DNA of 64,000 nucleotides from the NCBI GenBank assembly GCA_964408965.1, contig CAYPBL010000002.1, forward strand, positions 24,856-88,855. Reading direction: 5' to 3'. The notes beneath the pieces were generated by a model. The model had not been told where the DNA came from. It saw nothing but the letters and a program-made list of their open reading frames with translations, and searched no databases. Position numbers and translations under genes: made by a program. How positions within the stretch are numbered: the stretch's first letter is position 1; each line of letters starts with the position of its first letter. The stretch comes from an uncultured Phycisphaeraceae bacterium (GTDB taxonomy: Bacteria; Planctomycetota; Phycisphaerae; Phycisphaerales; UBA1924). Below are positions 35,844 through 44,640 of the stretch, piece after piece.

Positions 35844-36898
35844 CCGCTCGATCCCTTTCGTGCCTCGAGGCAGCGCCGCCAAGCGAGGCGGTAGGCCTGG
35901 GCCAGCTGGTCGCGCGGCGCCTGGAAGAGGAGGTCCGAAGCGGCGACGGCGCAGCGGGCGCCGCGCAGCCGCTCTCTGCCGTACGCCCTGCCCAGGCCCA
36001 GCAGATAGAGTCCCAGCTTGTAGCGCATGTAGGGCCTGTACGCCCGCCAGGCGGCGGAGCCGGGCTCGCCATGCTTGGCCAGCACGTAGGCGCGGTCCAG
36101 CGCCTGCTTGACGCCCATCTGAAAGCCGTCCCCCCTGCCGCTGGGCGCGCGATAGTGGAACACCCGCGCCCGCCGCGCCCCAGCCAACGCATGCGTCCGC
36201 AGCACGCCGAAGCAGGCGTCCACGTCCTCGAACTGCCCGTAGCGCTCGAAGGTCTCGTCGAAGCCCACACGACGGATGACGTCTGTGCGAAAGGTCATAC
36301 GAAAGCCCGTCATCCAGGGTGTGAGCACCGCGTCCTCCTCGCCCAGCCACGCAGGAGTCGGCAGCGCCCGCAGCCGCTCCCAGCCGTGCAGCTCGAAGGG
36401 GTTGGGCGCAAGCCTGCGCTCCAGTCTTGCCCGGCGGACAGCGACGCGCTGGTTGACGCGGTCGCGCAGCGTCATGCGGTAGCCAGCGTCGCTGCGCAGC
36501 GGCGCCTCGGGCGGCGGCGTCGGCGACTCCGCGGCGCAGACCCCGCCAAGCAGGCCCTCCGCGTCGCGCTCGTAGACGCGCATGATCCGCTCGGCGCAGT
36601 CGGCGGGCCACAGCGCGTCGTCGTCGGGGAACATCACCACCGGCGCCTCGACATGTCCAAGCCCCACGTTGCGCTGCCTCGTCAGCCCGACGTCCGAGCG
36701 GACGAGCCTCACGGGCGTCGCGCCGCTGCGCCCCAGCCGCTCCACCAGCGCAGCCACGGGCGCCGGGTCGTCCGAAGAATCGACGATGAAAATCGCCCGG
36801 GCGGGCCTGCTCTGCCGAAGCATCAGCGGCAGCGACAGCGCAAGGGCCTCGGGGCGGTTGCGCGTGGCGACGACGATGTCGTAGTCGAGCTGGCTCAC
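35840..36898 (-). CDS. Glycosyltransferase family 2-like (GT-A)
   Basis: DYDIVVATRNRPEALALSLPLML...IFIVDSSDD...TRQRNVGL...FPDDDA. GTG 36898 overlaps the upstream stop. Confidence 0.8.
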   Translation of the reverse strand: MSQLDYDIVVATRNRPEALALSLPLMLRQSRPARAIFIVDSSDDPAPVAALVERLGRSGATPVRLVRSDVGLTRQRNVGLGHVEAPVVMFPDDDALWPADCAERIMRVYERDAEGLLGGVCAAESPTPPPEAPLRSDAGYRMTLRDRVNQRVAVRRARLERRLAPNPFELHGWERLRALPTPAWLGEEDAVLTPWMTGFRMTFRTDVIRRVGFDETFERYGQFEDVDACFGVLRTHALAGARRARVFHYRAPSGRGDGFQMGVKQALDRAYVLAKHGEPGSAAWRAYRPYMRYKLGLYLLGLGRAYGRERLRGARCAVAASDLLFQAPRDQLAQAYRLAWRRCLEARKGSSG

Positions 36899-37737
36899 AG
36901 CCCCTCCGCTCGCCTTCTGCGGACGAAGCGCACGACGGGGTTGGCCCGCTCGTCCTCGCCCCGGCTGACCTGCTCCAATCCCGCCTGGTTCAATCTCTCG
37001 ACGATGCGCGCAGCCGCCTCGGGAGAGGGCGCGCCGGCTGGGTGCAGCTCCAGGTGCAGCGAGTCGATCAGCCCCAGCGCCTCGTCGCTGGCGTTGAACA
37101 GGGTCTCGTACTCGGCGCCCTCGATGTCCATCTTGACGATCCTTCTGGCCTTGCGGTCAAGCGACGCCAGCTCCCGCATCACCTCGTCGAAGGCGACCAC
37201 CTGCACCTCCTGCAGCGCCTTTGCCGCGTCGTGCGCCGTCTCGCTGGCTTCGTCGACCAGGCTGTGGCGCCAGGACTCCGCAGCGACGGCGAGTCTGGCC
37301 GTCCGTGCAGCGCCCCCCACCGCAGAAGAGCGCAGCAGGGTCCGCGACCCGCGCGGGTCGTTGCGGCGGGCGACCTGGCGCAGGATGGCCATGTTGTCGC
37401 TGCAGGGCTCGTAGCTGAGCACGCAGCGGGCGCCCTGCGACAGGGCGTAGGCCAGGCACATGCCGCGATGGGCGCCAAGGTCCGCCACGACCGCCCCGGC
37501 GTAGTCGTCGGCGTACTCGCGGTAGACGAAGATCTCATGGAACGTCCGCCAATCGGGCAGGTGCCCCTGCTCCAGGGCGACGACGGCGCCTGCGCCGACG
37601 TCGAGCCAGCGCAGCTGCGCAGGCTTCCCTGCGCCGCTGCTGCGCCGCTGCGCATGGGCCAGCGCGCAGGCGATCTTTGTGCGCAGCGGCAGCTCCGCCC
37701 GCAGCAGCGCCGCAGCCTTGCGCAGCGCCGAGGTCAT
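36895..37737 (-). CDS. FkbM-family methyltransferase
   Basis: VADLGAHRGMCLAYAL...SYEPCSDN...IVKMDIEGAEYETL is the FkbM signature. ATG 37737 overlaps the upstream stop. Confidence 0.85.
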   Translation of the reverse strand: MTSALRKAAALLRAELPLRTKIACALAHAQRRSSGAGKPAQLRWLDVGAGAVVALEQGHLPDWRTFHEIFVYREYADDYAGAVVADLGAHRGMCLAYALSQGARCVLSYEPCSDNMAILRQVARRNDPRGSRTLLRSSAVGGAARTARLAVAAESWRHSLVDEASETAHDAAKALQEVQVVAFDEVMRELASLDRKARRIVKMDIEGAEYETLFNASDEALGLIDSLHLELHPAGAPSPEAAARIVERLNQAGLEQVSRGEDERANPVVRFVRRRRAEGL

Positions 37738-39089
37738 CGTGGCGGCCTCCTCAGGGGAGTCGCGCGTCCCTGCATGGCGGCCGCTGCGCTTCCTCCCCCT
37801 GCGCCGAGCGAAACACCCGCGCCGATGAGAAACAGAAAGTACACGAAGACGCCGTTCCAGTAGTGCACGGTGAACGCCGCCAGCGCAAGAGCGATCAGCG
37901 ACAGTTCAAAGCCCAGCAGCGGCGAAGCGTTGCGGCCCTCTGTGCGGATGCGCCGGCCCACAGCGACCATCGACGCCAGCGCCGCCCCAGCCAGCAGCAG
38001 CGCCGCAGGCAGGCCGTACCGCATCGCCGTCAGCAGCCAGAAGGCGTCGACGCTCGAGCTGTCCCACCAGTCAGGCCTGCGCCAGTCGTTGAAGCCGATG
38101 CCCAAGAGCGGGTGGTCGACAACTTCCCGCCCGCCGTACTTCCAGATGTCGATGCGACCCAGCGCCGTGCCCGAGTTGAACGTCAGATAGCTGAGCAGCA
38201 CTCGGATGCCCGAGCGATTCGACAGCCAATCGATGAAGACATACAGCAGCAGCACCACGATCGACAGCAACAACCAACGGCCACGCAGCCAGCGGGTGAC
38301 GCGTTCGTAGGCCAGCAGGATCAGCTGCACCATCAACGGCAGCACCGCCCCGGAGGAGACCGACGCCACCGTCGCCGCAGCGACGACCGCCAGCGCCGCG
38401 ACGCGTCGAAACATCGTTCGGAACACTCCTGCACAGGTGAAGATCGCCATGCCTGCGGCGCTGGCGCAGTACACGCCGTAGAGAATCGGATGCTCGAAGG
38501 GACCGAAGGCTCGCGCAAGGCCGAACCGCGCCCCGACCCAGCTCTCGAAAGGCATGTGCCTGATGACGCCCGCAATCTCCCGAATGTAGTGCCTTCCCGT
38601 GAGCGACTCGGGAATGGTGAAGAGGCTCATGATGACGACGGTCCACACCAGGGTCGTGGCGATGCGGCGCAGGTCCGCGACGCTGCGGATGAACACGCGC
38701 CCCATCATGTAGGCGCCGAAGCACTCGAAGGCGTAAATGCCCATGGCCTCATATTCCGCCAGGCCATGGTGCACAGCGACCGCCGCCGTGGCCAGCAGCG
38801 TGTGCAGCAGGAGCATCCAATCAGCGGCGCGCAGCGGGCCTGTCCGTCGCGACCACAGCAGCCACGCGCACACGGGCGTGGCGAGGATCACCAGCAGACG
38901 GTACGCGGTGAGCCTGAACGAGCCGAGGTAGAACGACGTCTCCGGCGGAAAGAGCAGGGAAAAAAGCAGCAGCGAGCCCCAGATGGACCCGCGCGGCGCC
39001 GGGGCGACGGCGGCGCCAGGGTCTGCAGCTCGAGCAGACCGCAGCCGCTTCGTGAAAAGGGCCGAGGGTGTGCCCGCCTGCATGCTCAT
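37734..39089 (-). CDS. O-antigen ligase/polymerase-like polytopic membrane protein (Wzy_C family)
   Basis: ATG 39089 overlaps the upstream stop. About 10-12 hydrophobic segments with a large loop carrying YGGREVVDHPLLGIGFNDW, typical of Wzy/WaaL-type proteins. Confidence 0.8.
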   Translation of the reverse strand: MSMQAGTPSALFTKRLRSARAADPGAAVAPAPRGSIWGSLLLFSLLFPPETSFYLGSFRLTAYRLLVILATPVCAWLLWSRRTGPLRAADWMLLLHTLLATAAVAVHHGLAEYEAMGIYAFECFGAYMMGRVFIRSVADLRRIATTLVWTVVIMSLFTIPESLTGRHYIREIAGVIRHMPFESWVGARFGLARAFGPFEHPILYGVYCASAAGMAIFTCAGVFRTMFRRVAALAVVAAATVASVSSGAVLPLMVQLILLAYERVTRWLRGRWLLLSIVVLLLYVFIDWLSNRSGIRVLLSYLTFNSGTALGRIDIWKYGGREVVDHPLLGIGFNDWRRPDWWDSSSVDAFWLLTAMRYGLPAALLLAGAALASMVAVGRRIRTEGRNASPLLGFELSLIALALAAFTVHYWNGVFVYFLFLIGAGVSLGAGGGSAAAAMQGRATPLRRPPR

Positions 39090-40327
39090 CGCTTCGACCG
39101 CTTTCGCAGCAGCGACGTGCGCCACAGCCTCTTGACAAGCCCCAGCGCGCCCCGTTTGGCTGCAGCCTCGCGTGCGCCTCTGCGAAGCCGTTCGCCCGCC
39201 GCTGACGACAACCACGCCATGCGAGGCCTCAAGCCCGGGCCGAACAACGACACCAGCGCCTCCTGTCGAGCGCCCGTCGCGTAGATCCGCTTGTACGACG
39301 CGTCGCCAAAGCCGAAATCGAAGACACCAACGCCTTCACGCTCCAGGTCGTCCAGCGTCTTGACCAACAGCAGTCTTCCCGGCGAATGCCTGGCGAAGTC
39401 GGGGTCATACCCGACAACCTCGAGAAAGTAGACGCCGTCGTGCACCGCTCCGATCTGGTAGGCCACCGGCCTGCCCCCCGCCTCCAGGAGGTACGCGCGC
39501 AGTCTTCCATGCGTCGCCTCACAGGTCAGCCCGCTGCGCCACAGCGGCGTGTCGGCAAACGCGGCGCCGATGCGCGCCTGCCAGGAGCGCGCCGCCACCT
39601 GCGCAGCCCGCTTCACGAAATCGTCCACAGCGGCTGTTGTCTCGACGCGCTTGAACGTCGTCGGCCCGCCAGCCTCTTCCGCGAGCAGACGTTCCGCTCG
39701 GCGAAGGTTGTACCGGTGCTTGGAAGAGAGCCTGTCGACAAAGCCCTTGTCACTTCTCGGTAGAAGCTGACAGAACAGGTGGACGTCCTCGTGCGCACGC
39801 AGACGGGCGAGCGAGCGCGTCGCAGGATGCGACTCGATCGCTGCAGCGAGCGGGCTTTCCGTCTCCAGATGGTTGAACTGCACGCTGTGCACCGCTCCGG
39901 AGCGGAGCACGGCGCCCAGACGCTGGCAACAGGCGGCGCAGCGCTGCGGAGTCAGCTCGCCCAGCGCCCCGCCATACACCACATCCAACGCTCGAACCCG
40001 AACGGCGCTGAATCGCAGATAGCCCAGCGTGGCCCCAGCTTTGCGGAGGAGCGTTCTGCCCAGCAGCGCAACGACAGGCTGCTCCCCATCGTCGACAAGC
40101 AGCGACACCCACGGCTGCTGCGCAGGGGCCAGCGCCGCTGTCGTCGCCAGGTACCTGTCGATCTGAGCGTTGGGCGTGCGCAGCGGCGAACGCTCCCACA
40201 GACGCTGCAAGTCGGCTCGGCGGTCCTCGATGGCCTCCAGCGAGCGCAGCTCCATCCAGCGTTCTGGAGATGCAGCGTCGGAGGCGGTGTCCCCTGGCGA
40301 CGCTTCAATCGCGCGCTGCGCAGGCAT
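39086..40327 (-). CDS. FemAB-like/CelD-like GNAT acyltransferase (PEP-CTERM-locus associated type)
   Basis: ATG 40327 with AAGGAGGAG upstream. The C-terminal half RLRAYLLEAGGRPVAYQIGAVHDGVYFLEVVGYDPDFARHSPGRLLLVKTLDDLEREGVGVFDFGFGDASYKRIY is a BioF2/FemAB-type acetyltransferase fold pattern. Confidence 0.75.
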   Translation of the reverse strand: MPAQRAIEASPGDTASDAASPERWMELRSLEAIEDRRADLQRLWERSPLRTPNAQIDRYLATTAALAPAQQPWVSLLVDDGEQPVVALLGRTLLRKAGATLGYLRFSAVRVRALDVVYGGALGELTPQRCAACCQRLGAVLRSGAVHSVQFNHLETESPLAAAIESHPATRSLARLRAHEDVHLFCQLLPRSDKGFVDRLSSKHRYNLRRAERLLAEEAGGPTTFKRVETTAAVDDFVKRAAQVAARSWQARIGAAFADTPLWRSGLTCEATHGRLRAYLLEAGGRPVAYQIGAVHDGVYFLEVVGYDPDFARHSPGRLLLVKTLDDLEREGVGVFDFGFGDASYKRIYATGARQEALVSLFGPGLRPRMAWLSSAAGERLRRGAREAAAKRGALGLVKRLWRTSLLRKRSKR

Positions 40328-41654
40328 GCTGCTCCTCCTTGGCCTCTGCAGCTCGCTCGGCGCTCCCCGCCACAGGCGTCGGTCTGTTGAGCCTGCGCCG
40401 ACGGACGCGTCGGAACGCCCCCACCACGCTGCGAATCCTCTCCAGCGCCCCCAGCTCCCTCCACCAGAGCGTCCGCAAGGGCGCTCCGATGAATCGCGGC
40501 GTCCTGCCGCCCGCCAGGCGCGCGCCGAGCGCCCGCCCCCACACGCTCGCCCGCGCACGCAGCAGGTTGGGTTGCGACCGGGGCAAGAGCGCGGCGTCCT
40601 CGCGTTCGACGACAAGGGCGCCCGCAGCGATCGCCCCCGCAAGCAGCGCCTCGCCCCGCTCAGTGCGGGCGACGATGAGGGATCGGCCCAGCTCGTCGCC
40701 TCCCTCCTCCGGCGGACGCCACCACGGGTCCCCCACCGCGATGTCGGCGAACTCGCCCGTATGGTCGGGGCAGAGCGAGCAGCGCCACTGCCTGTGGGCC
40801 TGCAGAAAACCCCATGACTCTTCATAGGACAGGCTGGCGACGCGCTCACGACCCGACGCATCGCGCCAGCGCACGGTCCATCTGCCCGGCCAACCGTCGC
40901 CTCGGTAGCGCAGGCTCGTGACGCGGTCGGGGTCCTCCACCCCCACCTGCCTGAGCAGCTGCAGCGTGCCTTCGGTCGAGGGGGCGCCTGCGCAGAAGAA
41001 GGCAATCGTCGCGCCGAGCTTCTCCTGCAGCGCAGGCGAACGCTGGACCAGTCGACGCGCCGCAGCGACGTCGCAGGGCTTGCCGATGAAGACGCAGGGC
41101 GCTTCCGCCTGCTCGATACGCCCCAGCCCCTCGCACGGACTCGCGGGCGCGTAGCGCGACCCCGTCGCCGCCAGCAACGTCGTCCGATCCCTGCTGAAGA
41201 CTGTGCGGTTGAAGACGGGGCTGTGCGGGTCAGCAGCGATGTGCAGCGCCCCCGCCATGCCCTCGCGCTCGATGCAGTGCAGCGCCAAAGCCGTGGCCGC
41301 CCCGCCGCTGGAGCCCATTCTGCGGATCTCCTCGTCCGCAGCGAACCCCTCGACCACCCGACGAACCGGTCCCCAGGCGTCGAAGAGCTCGCGATGGACC
41401 CGATCCTCCTCGGGAATGTCCCGCCAATCAAGCGAGGCGCCCGGGCAGACCGCGAGCGACAACGCCGAGGCAGCGGGGTCCACCGGCGCAGCGGGATCGA
41501 CCTCGGGCCGGCGTCCGCTGCGCAGATCGTCGACCATGCGGATTCTGCCGGGCTCGATCGCTGCGCACGCGCCGCAGCCGCAACACAGTCCCCAGCGCGC
41601 AACTTCCTGCACACTGGAGACAGGAAGCGAGAACGTTCGAGAGGCGCCGTTCAT
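40305..41654 (-). CDS. Coenzyme F420 hydrogenase/dehydrogenase beta-subunit-like (FrhB/FdhB family) FeS flavoprotein
   Basis: ATG 41654 overlaps the upstream stop. Cys cluster CCGCGAC near the N-terminus, SSGGAATAL, GKPCDV, and C-terminal CSLCPDHTGEFADIAVGDPW. Confidence 0.8.
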   Translation of the reverse strand: MNGASRTFSLPVSSVQEVARWGLCCGCGACAAIEPGRIRMVDDLRSGRRPEVDPAAPVDPAASALSLAVCPGASLDWRDIPEEDRVHRELFDAWGPVRRVVEGFAADEEIRRMGSSGGAATALALHCIEREGMAGALHIAADPHSPVFNRTVFSRDRTTLLAATGSRYAPASPCEGLGRIEQAEAPCVFIGKPCDVAAARRLVQRSPALQEKLGATIAFFCAGAPSTEGTLQLLRQVGVEDPDRVTSLRYRGDGWPGRWTVRWRDASGRERVASLSYEESWGFLQAHRQWRCSLCPDHTGEFADIAVGDPWWRPPEEGGDELGRSLIVARTERGEALLAGAIAAGALVVEREDAALLPRSQPNLLRARASVWGRALGARLAGGRTPRFIGAPLRTLWWRELGALERIRSVVGAFRRVRRRRLNRPTPVAGSAERAAEAKEEQHACAARD

Positions 41655-43165
41655 GAGACGTCCGCAGCCGAAGGCGTCAGTTCCGAAGCGGAGGCGGGCG
41701 CCCACCACCGAACGAGCGTTCGCTGCAGCAGCGGTCCTGCCCATGGAGCCTTGGCCAGCTGCAGCACGACGCGGTGTCGGTGAGGCGAGAGCAGCAGCGC
41801 TGCAGCTGGACCCAGCGTCGCCGCCACCACAGCCAACAGCGCCGAGAAGAGGAAGGAGTCAGCCCAGCCGAACAGATACGCCCCTGCCCCAGCGAGGCCC
41901 ACCGCGAGCCCAAACGGCGCCAGCGCCTGCAGAGCCAATGCCGCAGGAAGACCGTGCCTGCGCGACGCGCGGGTGAACGCCACGCTCAGCGCAATCCCTT
42001 CCGCAACCAACCCCGCCAAGGCCACCGCCACCGTCGACCAGCCAAGGCGCACAACCAGCAACGCGCCAGGGAGATACAGCGACCGACCAACGTTGGCCAA
42101 CAACGACGTCATCGAGTCTCCCCGCGCAAGCGCTGCGGTGGTGGGCGCGAACCGGATCAGCCTCAGGCTCAACGCCGTCGCCGCCACGGCGAGCACAGGC
42201 GCCGCGGGCGCGTATTCCGGACCGTAGAGCAGGCGGACCACCCAGTACGACGACGCCACGAGCCCCGCAGCCAGCGTCGCCGCCAGCATCGCAGCGACCG
42301 TCGTCAGCGCGCTGGTCCGCTTGGCGAACTCTCTCGGCTGGTCCTGGACATGCGCCAATGTGGGCAGGCCTACGGAGAGCACGAGGCGTCCTGCCAGATC
42401 CGCCGCCACGCCCGCCAGCGCAAAGCCCACGCCGTACCACGCCAACTCCTCCTTGCTGTACGCGGCGCCGACCAGCACATGGTCCCCCTGCAGGACGACA
42501 AAGAGCAACAGTGCGCTTCCCAGCAACGGCGCACCGAATCGAATCGCGCGCCGCACGTCCTCCCCTCGCCAAGCCAGGACGAAACGCCTCTCCGCAAGCA
42601 GGTGCGTAGCGACGGTGAACGCCAAGGCCTGACCTATCTGCACCCAAACGATCGCTGCGTAACTTCGCAGGAGAAATCCCAGCCCCACCGCCAGCGCCGT
42701 CGACACCGCCTGGGAGAGCAGCTCCGCCGTCACGCCCGGCCCGTAGCGCAAACGTCGTTGGGCGCGAACGTAATCCAGATTGGTGAAGGCGCGGAGGAAA
42801 GGGGCCAACGCCACCGCCTGAAAGGCCCAGCGGGCGTCGGGAACATGGAAGAGCGCCGCCAGAGGCCAGGCCAACAGCGTCAGAGCCAGCGCGTTGAACA
42901 CCCCGCGGATCAGATGCAGACTGTGCATGGACCCCTGAAAGGCAGGGTCGTCGCCCTGCCTGTCCTGCACAAGCAGCTTGTCCACGGAAAGATCGCTGAT
43001 CATGCGCAGGAAGGTGAGGGTGAGACCGAGCGCGACGACGACGCCCATCTCCGCAGGGCCAAGCAGCCTGGCCAGCGCCACATTGCGCACGAAAACCAGC
43101 GCCTGCGACGCGATCTGGCCCGCGGTGAGCACGCCTGCTCCGCGAACGACCCGCTTCAGATTCAC
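41651..43165 (-). CDS. Wzx-type polysaccharide flippase (MOP superfamily)
   Basis: MNLKRVVRGAGVLTAGQIASQALVFVRNVALARLLGP..., about 12-14 TM segments. GTG start overlaps the upstream stop. Confidence 0.85.
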   Translation of the reverse strand: MNLKRVVRGAGVLTAGQIASQALVFVRNVALARLLGPAEMGVVVALGLTLTFLRMISDLSVDKLLVQDRQGDDPAFQGSMHSLHLIRGVFNALALTLLAWPLAALFHVPDARWAFQAVALAPFLRAFTNLDYVRAQRRLRYGPGVTAELLSQAVSTALAVGLGFLLRSYAAIVWVQIGQALAFTVATHLLAERRFVLAWRGEDVRRAIRFGAPLLGSALLLFVVLQGDHVLVGAAYSKEELAWYGVGFALAGVAADLAGRLVLSVGLPTLAHVQDQPREFAKRTSALTTVAAMLAATLAAGLVASSYWVVRLLYGPEYAPAAPVLAVAATALSLRLIRFAPTTAALARGDSMTSLLANVGRSLYLPGALLVVRLGWSTVAVALAGLVAEGIALSVAFTRASRRHGLPAALALQALAPFGLAVGLAGAGAYLFGWADSFLFSALLAVVAATLGPAAALLLSPHRHRVVLQLAKAPWAGPLLQRTLVRWWAPASASELTPSAADVS

Positions 43166-44520
43166 TGCGTCCGCTCCCTCTCGACCGCAGCTGCAGCGAT
43201 GGCATCCATCTGCGTCTCAGCGGCGTGCAGCACCTCGGGGATCGTCCGCTGCAGCGTCTGCCGCATGGTCTCTCGCCGCTCCCAGAGCGCCCAGAGCGCC
43301 TCGAGCGTCTGCTCCGTGTCGAGCGATCGCGGATCCACCAAGGCTTCCCCTGCGCCGCACCGCTCGAACACACCCTGCGCCTTGACGCTGTACGCGACGC
43401 CTGCGGTGGGCGTGGTCGTGGACAACCCCGCGATGGTCGAGTGCATTCGCGTCCCGCAGAACCAGTCCATCTGGCTGATGAGCCACTTGCTCTGCGACGC
43501 GCTGAGAACGGGAGGACAGACCAGCACACGCCGCCTGACCGATCTGTCCAACGCACGGAACGCCGACTCGTTGGCGACCTGGTCGGATTCGATCAGCCCA
43601 GGCCTGGCCAGCACGTGTGGAATCAGGATCACCGTCGCGTCCGCCTGCTCGACCAGCCGAGCGACCAGCCTGTGCACGACCGAGGCGTACTCCGCACGGA
43701 ACCGATACTGGGCCTTCGCCTCTGCACCGCCGTTGTAGATCAGACCGCTGATGTTCACCCCCGCGAGCGGGCGATTGTCTCGGCGCTCCAGCGCAGTGAG
43801 CACCTGATCAGGCAGCAGCTGATGGGGCTGACGAAGCGGCAGGGCAAAGGCGATGTCGACCCCCAGCTTGTGTCTGTCCGGGTCGAGGCGGCCGCCCGCC
43901 AACTCGCGCAGAAGCTCGTAGGAGCGTGGATCGCGGGCCCAAGCCTGATCCGCCTGTTCGATTATCCACGCAGCCTGCCGCCGTGTCTCCTCCTGAAAGA
44001 AGGGGCCATACGTTTGCGGCAGGAGAATCAACTTTTTCCCCAGGCGCAGCGCCAACTCCTTGGGCCTGCAGATCGAGCGAAACCGCCGCAGGCCGTACAG
44101 GTCCGTAAAGCTGTCGCCGCCGCTGACGTCCAGGACGGCTGTCGCCTGCCTCAGCGCTCTGGCTGCGGGGTTGCGCCCGCCTCCGATCCTGCTCCAGAAT
44201 TCGATGGCGGCGAAACTCTCTGGCCGATGAACGCGTCTGGTGAGATAGGCGCCGCAGCGCCAGTGAGACGTCGCAGCCTCGTCGCCGTCGAATGCAGCAG
44301 GACGCATGCCTCGACCATGGTCGAAGACGGTTATCCGGGCGCGGGGGAAACGAGATCGCAGCCCTCGCACCGCTGATTCGCACAGCGCCGAGACCCCAAG
44401 ATTGCGCGTGTCCGGGGCGGCGCCGAACAGACAGAACGCGAAAGAGCCTCCCTCGCCGTCGCCCGCGACGACGCTGGAGGAGGAAGGACGGGCGGACGAT
44501 GTCGATTCCTTCAATCGCAC
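43162..44520 (-). CDS. Polysaccharide pyruvyl transferase family protein (WcaK/CsaB-like); first gene of the long operon
   Basis: GAAPDTRNLGVSALCESAV, LDVSGGDSFTDLYG and TRMHSTIAGLS blocks. GTG 44520 with AGGAAAG 7-8 nt upstream. Confidence 0.8.
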   Translation of the reverse strand: MRLKESTSSARPSSSSVVAGDGEGGSFAFCLFGAAPDTRNLGVSALCESAVRGLRSRFPRARITVFDHGRGMRPAAFDGDEAATSHWRCGAYLTRRVHRPESFAAIEFWSRIGGGRNPAARALRQATAVLDVSGGDSFTDLYGLRRFRSICRPKELALRLGKKLILLPQTYGPFFQEETRRQAAWIIEQADQAWARDPRSYELLRELAGGRLDPDRHKLGVDIAFALPLRQPHQLLPDQVLTALERRDNRPLAGVNISGLIYNGGAEAKAQYRFRAEYASVVHRLVARLVEQADATVILIPHVLARPGLIESDQVANESAFRALDRSVRRRVLVCPPVLSASQSKWLISQMDWFCGTRMHSTIAGLSTTTPTAGVAYSVKAQGVFERCGAGEALVDPRSLDTEQTLEALWALWERRETMRQTLQRTIPEVLHAAETQMDAIAAAAVERERTQ

Positions 44521-44550
44521 AGTCGCTTTCCTGGGAGCGCGCAGCTGGTT

Positions 44551-44566
44551 CTGTGATACAATGATC
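44551..44566 (+). promoter_or_regulatory. AT-rich element in the divergent control region; extended -10-like TGaTACAAT
   Basis: TG (44554-44555), one nt, then TACAAT (44557-44562) on the plus strand, about 80 nt upstream of ATG 44641. It is embedded in the imperfect inverted repeat TGAT-N6-ATCA. No convincing -35. Confidence 0.3.
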
Positions 44567-44640
44567 AGGGTAGGAAAGGACGAGCCGCTCGGCGCTGGGA
44601 CGATCCCAAGGCCTGGAGCGCGACCGAGGGGGGACGCGCC

